This document shows positions 22,901-34,900 of a DNA stretch of 37,463 nt, piece by piece. Position 1 is the first letter of the stretch, and every line of letters begins with the position of its first letter. Position numbers and translations under genes: made by a program. This DNA comes from Catajapyx aquilonaris (Eukaryota), in assembly GCA_000934665.2 (NCBI GenBank), contig JYFJ02003824.1, positions 1 through 37,463 of the forward strand, in the 5' to 3' direction. Below the pieces are notes generated by a model. That model was not told the DNA's origin. It was given only the letters and a program-made list of their open reading frames with translations, and did not search any database.

Positions 22901-25900
22901 TTCTGGTTGGGATATGCCACATGAAGTTGATTCAGATATGCAGTGCGTTAGAAACCTATTCTTTTCATGCGTTTACGGTACACACTGTGCAATGCTCGTA
23001 AGTAAACACGTCCTGACACACTGCCAAACGTGTTGTGCCAGCATCCATTGGAAATTATGCCGCAGTTAACACGCTTCGGTGAAAATTACGACTGATCAAT
23101 ATCACTCGCAAAGTTCAAACGACGCGCTCTAACCAATTGCCTGTCATCTAGACCGGTAATCAATCTTTCCCAAAGTGCCCTTATCCCACATCAGCCAGCC
23201 GTCTCTCCTTCACTACACAGAACCTGAATTTGTCAACACCATGAAGCCTCTGCAGCCAAACAGTATTGCTCAACATCCCTACGGTCCATTTCCTGCGCAA
23301 TACTCTGTATGAACTCTACCATCAGATAGACGTCAAGGAAACATAACAAGCTTTGCAATCAAGGTGACAAGGGTGACATTTTTGAGGCTTTGTAACCTCG
23401 CCCCCCTTTTAATCTGACATGCCGGGTTGCTCCGATACCTGAACCCATATCTGCATCCAGGCTGTCACCAATTACACCTCTAATGGTACGCACCATACAT
23501 ACCTAATTTATGTCCTTGGTATTTTTTTTTCAGCCTCTGTCCTTCAGAAAGAGCCCTCGCCCTTTTAATCAGCTAGCTATTGACAAATCCGCACTATTCA
23601 GAGAAGACACCCATGAATGTTCCGCTAATATTCTTTGAGGACAACCATTGGACCGGAAAATTTTGGGAGCCGGAAAGCATTGTCTGTCAGCCTATATCAA
23701 TCCATGTGGATCGGGCCAATGCACCTAGAATGACAACATGAAAATGAACCTAACCGCAACGAAACCCTATTAATACCTAGAGGATGTCCTGCTATAGAAA
23801 ACATGCAATTCGCCACTGTCTATCAAGCTACTATAAAAAATAGGCTAATCCTGCTCTATTCTTGCGAGTGGCTCATCTCAGAAAGGGAAAGCTTACCACT
23901 CGTGCCTGCCTCGACCTTGCAATTGTATCTGTCACATAGTATGCAGGACATTACGTGGGATTTTACTTTCACAAATGTTAGTTACGACGAACTTGCGCTA
24001 AATGTGCATCGTGATACTTGGAGAGAGATCTTCGTTTCAAAAATAGTGCTGAACAATCCATATGACTCACTTCGGAACCAAGCTTCGCATCGCATCGGTA
24101 CCCACCCAATTTTTTTTTATATATACATAAGAACAGCATGCGAACCCACCCTTTACATTATACTCGTCCGAAATATGTCATCAGGACAGCCGCCGATTGC
24201 CATCCTGAGGGGCCAATTGGGCAAGCATTAGCCGAGCAGAAGCAATCAAGAAATTGCGAAACCGTTAACGGTGGCCTTGAGGGAACACCCAAGCAAGGAA
24301 ATCGCACGTCTTGGTCATGCAGACAGGATCTCTGGGCTGACTGCTCGCCAGGTCAAGTTCAAAGTCGCCCGGGAATATCATGACCTCACACCACCTGCGC
24401 GACTCTTGCTCAAGAGTGCTCGTCCACCTGTGAAATTGCTCGGAAAGGTATTTCAATTTAAGCTGGGATACAAATTGAGGTTGTGTTTCATATGGGAGGA
24501 AAAAAAAATAATAATGTGCCTGCTGGCCTCGGGTATTGATTGGGTACTTTGTAGAGCGGCACAGGTGCATGACAACCGTGTTGTGATGGGAGGCCTTGAT
24601 ATTTTTAGGTCAAGTAATTTTTGATTGAATGCATTAAATCGGGAGTGTATGAGTGCAAATATTTGCAGTACCATGCTGTGCACAATGCATTCGCCTGGGG
24701 TAATTCATTCAGTGCAAATATGGTGTCCTGATCGCCAATCGTACATGTACGCTTACAATAGATTTATAGACTCATAAATAATGTCACGTTTAGCTACTCT
24801 ATTTCACGCAAAATATTTTAATTGGCCCAACCTATTCTCATATAAATCCAAGCGACTTTGATTTAGAGAGCCATTAATAATAACACGCAAATGGGAAAAG
24901 AAACAGAGTAAAATGCTTTCTACAGTACGATTACCCTGAACTTACAGTCGGCTAACCTTTGCACCCTCGGTAAACCCACGTTTAAAATATGAATGTCCCG
25001 GACTTAGGAATTCTTACGTCACGAAAAACCGGATTTTCAAAATAAATGATAACTGTTTTTTTTGCCTGCGAATAACTTAGCAGTTTTACATGACGGATTG
25101 GACACGCTTTCTCCGAGAATGCCATAAATTATTTCAGAAGAAGAATCCGATTTGTTTCCGCCCGCTCTTAAAACAAGAGCCTTGTTTCACTTTCACTTCC
25201 AGTTTTGGTTCTAACTTTTATCAGCCTGTAACATTTTACATAAGTGGAATTGGATTTTTTTTTCTTTCTTCCCAGGCCAAGACTATTAGCCAGATTAGCT
25301 CCAACTCCCGGAAGATGAAGGTGAAGGTTAGGTACATAATTTCTCCCCACGCCTGAGACGGAAAGACTGAAAAATTTTGTCACGTGATGCTGCACTGCGA
25401 CAATCTAGACTTGGGTTCCTGAATCCAAGAATTTCTTCCCCTTTTATCTCCCTAGGGAATAGCGCGGCATGACCAAGTTCTCCCCCCAAGGTTACGTGAG
25501 AGGAATGCATATGAAAATGTAATGAGCATAATGTGAGAAGGGAAGTGGGTCCTATACTAATAATCAACATGCCAGTGAAAGGTGTCCTCGTTAAACCCGC
25601 CCGTTTATTCACACCTTCATCCGGACCCAATTAATTTTTTTTGAGTCAACTTAGAGCATCAACCCGAGTATATAATCCATATATACTTTTTTTTTCTTCT
25701 AAATCCGTCTGGTGGATATATTAAACGAGTCGTCTGCCCGCCCTGATGGAACAGTTCCAATGACGTCAACGGCCTGCCCTGCTCCCTGGTGGTCTAGTTC
25801 AAGATCAATACTCAACTCCAAAATGCCTGAAACCCTCTCTATATCGACTCCTAGTTTTACCCTAGGATGGATGAGGTGTTTCCTCCTCTCAATTCCGATT

Positions 25901-28900
25901 CTGGTGCCAAGCAGGAAGCAGCTTTCTATTGTAACACAACTGTCAGGCTTTGCAATATGATTATTTGTTTACGCGCACGTGACCGAGAGTTTGTTTGCAT
26001 TATCGCTGTGATATCCAACTCGCGGGATTAGAAATCGCCCCATGTAAAACAGAAGAGGCGGAAGCGATCTGGAAGGCCCAGTTTTTAAGACGTCCGAACC
26101 CAGCTCAAAGGTGGCGGCCTGACACGCAACAATGGCGGAAGCTCAAGGTTACAGCTTCCGGTCCTGAACGAGTTCGGACCTGCACTGAAGCAGAACCAGT
26201 TCCCCACAATATTTAAGCCCGCGACTTCTGCCCGCTTATTATTTTCATACATACACAGCACATGAAACAGGAAAAAGAAGGGGGACAGTCATCCGTCTAA
26301 TGTGACAGGTGGTCGCCGGGCATCTCTTCAAAAGGAATTCCTTCTGTGGAGGTCGCTGTCCCCTTGTTGCACCCCAGAGTTTCCGGCTGAATTTGGCCAG
26401 ACCCTCTCTATCGAATCACACTCCCAAAGGGTATTATCAACATCGTCTGGTGTGGACAGTTTCACTTTCAATCTGGAATGCTCCGGTGACCCACAAAAGC
26501 TTATCCCGAGTTTCCTGGCCTGGGATTCTAAAAACGTCCTCTTTGGATCGGTACGCGAGCGAGACAAAAGGAATTGCGACGGACCGGACTGCAGGGTCTT
26601 CAAGGTGAAGAGATTCGAATTCCAGGGCCTGGCGAAAGAGAAAAGGGTTGATGGACGTGCTGAGACCATGGACGTTTCCATCTTAGTCAGCCGTGCGGAA
26701 AATAAGAGGGCTTTCATATGTGGAGCTGATCCCTTATGCCGTAATATGCCTCGACATAAAACGCTGGCTTTCACGGCTAGTGTGCACAATAGTACAGGGT
26801 GGTGCACTGCCCAAAGTTATGAGGGGCAAACAATCCATCACTTTTCCTCTCATTGTCTTTTGAACCACAGTGTACCACCCTGTATGCATACTAAACATCC
26901 GTGTTGATTTCGTCCACGTGTGCATAGTGACATTGCCGCAGGGACCCAGTTACTTGATTGTTGCCGTTTTGGTAATTTTAATACGGGGCAAGGCCTATCG
27001 TTAGCAGCCTGTTGCAGTCACGAACTATGGGATAAAAAAGCTGATGCGAAATACAGCAAGAAACTAAGCAACAGTTACACGGACTCGCACTGGAACCGTT
27101 TACAAGCTGATTCAGCTAGTAACCGCCGTTTTATGACTTGTGCGCTAACATGCACGATTTTGATAATAAATCGTCAATTTAAAAACTGGCCGAAGACATT
27201 GACTATCCACATAAACTGCTTAGAAGCCAATAACTTCCGCCTTTCTGGAACCTCCCAACAGACTGAAACGTGTTGATGTCAGTATATAGTGCACATAAAT
27301 ATAAGAAAACGCTCCTCCTATAGCAGGACTCTAACATCAAGATAAGTAATCTGAAAGGAGGCAATTTGCAATGCAAAAAACACACATACTCTACAACACA
27401 GTTACATCAGTGCATCAGCATTAGAAACATTGTCAGACAACCAATCTGGACCACTGCTACTACGTGTGGGTGCAAGAGAAAAGGTGTGACACCAACATGC
27501 ATACTGAACCAACTGGAACACCACCTCTCCATAGGCATAGCTGCAAGAACTCATCCAAATCCGCACTCTATCATATGTGAGTGCAACCTTAACCCATACT
27601 TGGCCAGCGAAGGAGAGGCGTGTTCCCCTTTTCACACAAGACATTCACTTGTCCTAGATAAATACCTTTGGGACTTCCAACAGCTGCCACACAGTCCCAG
27701 GGAGAGGCAAAAAAGAGGCACGGCATATAAATATGACCCAGCTCATTCTTCAAACCCAGCCCTCCTTACACCATATTACTCTTTCACTCAGGTGACTGTA
27801 CTCTACGAGGTCACCATCACCTTTTTCCTTACCTGCTGAGGTCATGTTGTCCAACAGCTTCTCCAGGTCCGGACTTAGGTGTCGCTCCTCCTCTTCCTTC
27901 AAACCGTAGTCCAAAGCCCGGAAGATGACTAACCCCAGGCACGAAATCATCTGCGAAAGGATCAAAAGAAAATTACATGTACGCCAAATTTCACACGTGA
28001 AGAAAAATCCTTTTGTGGCCCCGCTAATTGTCTATTAATGTTGCCTCATGGAAAAAAGGCCCTTTCAAGGTTTGCTTCGGGCTATAAATGGCGATAGGAT
28101 AATATATATCGCTCTCGCTAATTTCATTCACGTGTATGGTGGCCACAGTATATACGGGAACACACATGAAGAGATTTGAAGGGCAAGGCAGGAGAAAAAA
28201 AAAGTGAAAGGGTCACACCATTAAAATGTTTCCTTTATCTGAGCGAATTCCTTCGGGACGACACTTGTCAACTTTCTCTTGGTTCGGAGGATGCTTCCCC
28301 ACAAATAAAACCCAGGAATGTTATTAGAACGGGTTGACGAACTTTGGCAGTGGCCTTCGAGTGACGTTAGTTCCACAGCTCTGCAGGTGAAAACACCGTG
28401 CCTTTTAACACCGTCGGTCACCTTGACGCTCCGAAAGTGGTTCTCAATTTGCAGGGTACTGCACCGTGACACCCATGAGATGTTGCAGAAGGTAACATGC
28501 AGGACATTTCTTCAAGAATCGAGTTCCTGAACCCGTCTGCGCTTCCGTCAGTCAAGTCTTCATCAACGGTGCTGTAATTTTCTGCTACGATGGACCTTTC
28601 CGGGCAATTAGCTCCGAGGCGAGCATTCGAACACATCTCGGGTCCGCCGTGTCCAAAACACTGCGAAATCCTGTTCATAATCGAGTTCCGCCTGTGACAT
28701 AACGAAGTTGCACGCTAGTTATGACTTTGCACTATTTATATACCTCCGGACTGACAGCTTCATACAGTACCAGATGCCTATATGATGTGAGGATTGGGGT
28801 AGGTTGTGTGTCAACATATAGCAAATCCACGCATTTCTACATCAAAGGTATCTATCTGTTCAGCGAGTTATATGCACTGTATGTAGCATCGCAAAAAGTT

Positions 28901-31900
28901 CAGAGCACTTTCATCTTCCATGTACTCCTGCGCATGCACATCATGTGTACAGTACATGTCCGTCCTGTACTGTTAGTCGTCTACCTCTCACGTATACATA
29001 TAGCAACAAATCGGAACCTCCTGTTGCTAGCATTTCCAGAGTAACTGTTGCACATCAATCGCCCATGTTGGGCCATCCTGAGTTTCCAGGAAATCCTGCT
29101 GACACATCAAGTGATCCTAATCAACCAACGGTATAGGAAACAGCAAATTCTCACTTAGGTTGTGCTGGTTTCGATCATGTCAGCAATAATCAAGTAAGTC
29201 TCGCCTATAAAATGATTTTAGACTACTGAAACAATACAGATCCGGCCTTCCCACTCACGCGCCATATCCTTCAGCAAACCCATAACAATTAAACATCATC
29301 CTGCAACATCCCCTGATATGTAAAAACCAGGTCCATTGCCTCCATTTGGGCCGCACAAAAAACCCTGAATGAAATGACGTCAGTACCCGCATTAACCTGC
29401 GCCCTATCTCTCTATCGATTTTCCCATATTCCCGTAGACGTATAGGCGCCCACAAGGGTCGCCAACCCAAAGAACACTCTAGAGGTAAAAAAAAAAAAAA
29501 GGTAAGAAACCCCCCAAGGCTGCGGTTGCGGTTATTTGAGGTCCTCAGGTCCATGTCTTTTGGCTGCTCCTCGCAACCATATAAAGAGCAAAAGTTTGCC
29601 CGAGACCACCGCTGGTGACTCGTGATCAGGAAGTTTCTTCGGTGCCTGGACATCCCGCTGTCTGGAAGACCCCGATTCATATTATACCAAGTGCTGCCAA
29701 TTAGCTCAGGGTAAGACCCGCTAACCTATAGCGCTACATTCTTACAATAGAGGAGGGGAAATTCATGACCAGATAATGCCGTTTACGGGACGCACAATCC
29801 GTAGGATTTGCACAAAGGATCAAAGTGATGGGTGTAAGCTCCCTTTTGCCCCTCCTGATGTATGGAGGACGTGAGAGAGAAAAAGGGCACTATAGGTGGG
29901 TAATGCACCTTGTAACTGCATCGCCTTATAGTGCACTAGACCCTTCATGAATTTCAAACCAGCTCCTTTATTCTGCGGGAGGAATAAATGGTCCCCGCTG
30001 CTTTATGGCCAGGCACAAATCCCATCATGTGCCAATTCGGCCGGATTTAACTACCTGGAGGAGTCATGGGGCCATCATGAAGAAGCACCTTAGATCGTGC
30101 CCTTAGCCCAATCAACCCTCTTGTTTTCCTTCTAACGACGTGTGCAGTAAGCATCAGAAAAATCGGATTAAAAAATTAATCAACATTTTGTTACAGATTT
30201 GTACACAACTTGCTGGAGAAGTCCGCTATATATTTAGTCATCACCAAGCTGTTATGCCTGCAAGATATCTGCATAATTATGCGATATTCAATACATCCCA
30301 CACCCTAATATTATTCAACATCGAGTCTGCCACATGAAAATCCCAATATCGCACACTCTCACATGACCGCCTCCAGATTTTTTTTAAAGGCTATCAGCAC
30401 AATTTTGACATAATCCCCCCGAAAATGGAGCCGCTGCCACAGTTCCCAGGCCCAGAAAACCACAATATTCCCTTCGATGTTTTTCCCCCTAAGAAATCGC
30501 GCAGCCTTGGCTTATTCTTTCACTTTCGTCGGCCCAAACCATATTCCCCCCCCCCCCCTCCAAAAAAAAGAGACAGAAAGACATGCGAGGTGGTTACGGA
30601 CTTGACGACTGCTGTGCACCGTCTCGATGCCCCCCTCGAAGAAGGGCATGGGACGCCCCGAAAGGACAGTAAAGGGGGCCAACTGCATCCCCTGGCCTCT
30701 CGCGTGCGGTTTCCATCAGCGCCAATTACCGAGATTACTCCGAGTCGTGCGCGCTGTGCACTGTACGTGGTAGCTGTGCACCTTCAATTGAGGGGACCTG
30801 CTTTCTTCATGATCTCTACCTGCTGGCGAAGGCTGACCAAGACAGAAGCACAACACGTCTCCATTGCCAAGGGTGCCCATGGGGGGTGAATGAACCGACA
30901 CCTGGCCAGGTGTCAATTAATCTAGCCAATATATGCCGATGTAATTACTCGGTACACTGCTAGGAAAATATTTAGCACGCAGCAGAAAGGCATTTTCAGA
31001 GGAAAAATAAAATTTCAAGTATATTTGGTATTTTATTATTAATACAGTAATAACAGTGTAATTAGCTGGCAGAAGAATGCCACATCAGCATACACAAAAT
31101 CGGCTGACGACACCGTTATTAATGGGAACACCGTACCCTATACACGATGGTGAGTCGTCGTCACGCGCCGATATACCAGGCTGCACTCCGATAAAAGCGC
31201 TATTGACAGACCTATCGTCTTCTGGCAGCCCTTCCTACAAAAGGAAGTCGTGTGTTGATTCGATTACATCACGCTCCTGTCCCGCAAGCTCCCACGTTAT
31301 TCATTCCTCCATGTCAAGTATTGCGACCCGTGCCTGATGGTGCAGACCTGACACAACGGGTCACCTGTCACGTCTATGCGGTACCCACCGACTGAAGACG
31401 TGCAAGTGCGCCTGGATCGTGATTAATGAGGGATAAAAATTACAGAAGAGGAAAGTGGGCACGATTGACCTCTAAAGGGTGAAAAGAGGAGTCCAATTCC
31501 CTAGAATTCATCCGGGAATCGGGGTCGGAATAACATGGCGCCGGGATTTTTATGGCCCGTTCCCGAACTGCACGGCTGCTGGAGATTATTGTTGGTTCAT
31601 CCATCCGTCCATCCATGCACAAACAACAAGCACAACAGACCTCCTTTTTTTTATTATTTACTACCCTCACCCAGCACACATCTTTGGAGTAGGGCAACTG
31701 CAACTTCGGTACACTTCTTCAACCTCCAAGGACCGTGTCACCGCATTTTTCCCATCACTTCTTGCGTCATGTGTGCCACCTTTCATTCATTGTATTTGCA
31801 CCTCAAAAAATAAGTCATAAAATTGCGAAACTATTGGCATTATGCATATTATACGCAGTGCCAAAAGTGAAACTGACCAAGTTATGTGCAGGATGTTGCA

Positions 31901-34900
31901 TATTTTTTTTCGACGTAACATTCAGTGAACTACAAGCACCCATGGCTCATGTCCCGATTCCCAAATCGGTCGTAAAGTCGTGGGCCTCTTCTCAACACGC
32001 TCAGAATTGCAAACTCAACCAAATCCCAAGGTGCCAACCGCGCCTCGAATGCATGATCACCCTTAACTTACTTGAACCACGTCTCAAATTCTGCATTACT
32101 GTCAGTTAACTGTTCCTTTTTTGCCATCAAACTTTATTAGCTATAATTTTATATGTAAAAACTTATTTTTACACATAAAGGTAGTTATTATGTTGCCAGT
32201 GAATTTTTTTATTTATTTAAAATGCTTTTCATGCCTAGCTGTCCGAACAGAGCACCCAACAGATGTCGCCCTAAGTATGGACGCCACCTGTCCGTTGAAG
32301 TTGAATACACTTCGCCGGAACTACAAACGACAATGACTTCCTGGACCTGCCCAGGTGAATCATTGAAATCACTCCGGTCCAGCAAAACGACTAGAAAGTG
32401 TAGTCGTAAAGCCGAGTGAAATGCACCCCCCTCGAAATCAGTGTTGCGGTGGCAACAAGGGACATAATAGCTCGCGTAATAAACTGCTTCAGGGGGCCCC
32501 AAAGTGACACCATCATTCCATGATTTGAAACCTGCCAGCTCGACCGAAACGCTCGGCCATTCCCATTCCGTGTGTCCAGCCCCTGCAATCACCTCGCCAA
32601 TTCTAACCCAACCACAGCTGGGAAAAAACAATCTGCATTTCCTGCCCACAAGAAACATTGTGACTCACCCGATCATCCATACACCTTACAACCCCTCCCT
32701 AGGGGACAAGGCTGCATGTAGGCCACCCATCAGTGGGTGGCTATTAACCTTCAGAAAAATGCCAAAAAAATCCACCACGTCCTACTCGAAATGAAAAAAA
32801 AAACAAGCACTGCCAATTTTATCCACGAACAACTGCGTTGATGGTCACGATTGCATTTCAGTCAGTCTGTTGCCCTTTTTGTTGCTGGACCTGCCATTGT
32901 TTGCCCCCCTTTTCGTTTTCTACCGTTTCTAATCCATCAATTGCGACTCGCCATTTTCTATCGAGAGTTCTCCAACATTTTCTATCGAGAGTCAAATGTG
33001 CCCCCAAGTGGGTCACCAAAGTGTAACAGTTGATGATCGCTTTGCCCCCCCTTAGCTGAAAGTGGAAGGTCTACTTTACGACCACTGCCAGTTCTCTCCA
33101 TGTAAACTAGGCTCGCCGTAAAAATTAATTAACAATAACAACCAAGAAGTCTAAATAAGTGGAGCTTCCCACACCTTGGCAAAAGGGTCGTAAATTGCCC
33201 ATTCTGTCCCCCTGCGCATTCCCAAACTTTTCATTTGGTAATAACAGTAATTTGGAATGTCACGTGCTCCACCTGGTTTATTATTCATATTATTTTATTA
33301 ATTACTTTAATTAAACTCTGATCAAGGACAGGGTGTGACCATTACGTAAGTTTTGATGACAACAAACAAAAAAGATGCTCTTACCCTGCCTTCCGACGAC
33401 GCCACCATGCGAGTCGACCCTGAAAAAGTAAATGGAAATGTTCAATTTGTTCATAGACCTGCTAAACACTGAAAAGTAAACATTATTAATGCTAAATGAA
33501 TGTAATCTGTTGGCTTGAAACATGACAACTGTTGCTCCTAATTGAAGAAAATGATGCTCACTTTTCCTTCATGCATTATTAATGAAAGGTAGTCACAGAA
33601 ATCCGGCCATGCACAACGCAATTTACTTCCTAAGTACCTGCATAAACTGACACTCGTTCTCCTTTTTTTCGCATGTAATCATCGGAGGACTATACCAGTG
33701 ATCATTGCAATAAGTCATTAATTGCGCAATATTAATTAACTTGGCAATGACCTGAAAATGGCGGCACATAACGGCTCCAACAATTTTTATACACGTTGTA
33801 TGCTGTTTACGGTACCGGCGGCTACTTGGTGACTAATATCTTTGTGTCTATTTGTGACGGTCCTCTCATATTAATTTACGACCATGTTAACGGATGTTAT
33901 TTTAATGTCCATGTTTTCCCATCGGCTCCTCGACCTTGCTGACAACTCCATAAGAATTTTCTGACGAAATTACTTTTAATTCATATAACCACGTGGGACG
34001 TATTGAAGGACATCCTATGCACATATGACGCAACAATGCAAAAATACTGTCAGGGGTTTATTTTTAGATAATATTGAAAAAAATATTTAAGAAATATTGT
34101 CACCAAATTGTGACCCAACCTGGACCGTTCAATCCTGATTCTCAGGGCAACCATCCGTCGCCCGGAGCCCAAAAATCTTGGCATGGCATGATTTGCATCC
34201 TCATCGCAAGACCACGCTCTGCACCGAGAGAAAAGAAGAGATAACATATCCCGTTACGAGCCCCGCATTGCTTCGTGCTCGTCAGAAGAAGAAGAAGCGA
34301 CGGCGACAAAACTTGTTCCTGTGGCCCACTGTCCACATATGAAGGCATTCCGATGAGGAGTCAGTTCCCCTCGCAGCACACACCTGACTTGCTGGCCTGG
34401 AATGGACCTTTGCATTCCAGGTGACTTCCACATATGGCGCACCGAAAATCTGCATAACAATGTCAACCCGCCATCACTTACACATCAGGAGCTTTAATCA
34501 TGTGTTGTTACGTGAGGAAAAGCACGGGCAGAGTATGTCGCCTTGGCTTGCTATTTTTGCGAAATGAGGTAATGTGCACCTCTCATGGTCGCGACCATTG
34601 TTGGCGCATGATGCACGTGCTGCTTCCGAGCTTGAAATCGGCGGATTTGTGGAGGGATTCGCACACGATGGCCCTCCGAGTGAATGGCGGATTTATTTTG
34701 GCGCATGGCATTATCCGGTATTGCGCTGCACGGTCGGTTTTAGGATTTGGATCGTGTGATCTGGCGCAACTACGTTTGTTATGTATAGCAAACAGATGAT
34801 GGGTAATGGAGAGTGATGCTGGGGACAAACAGGTTGATTTCTGTCACTATTACTAAATGTTCAATTTGAGCACCATTGCATTTCATATCATATTAATGCA

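Noticed and set aside
23803..24683. Cluster of 76-142 aa ORFs in intron 3 (similar ones at 28221-28678 and 30425-30889)
   Set aside because: No recognisable domains and no consistent splice chain for a nested gene.
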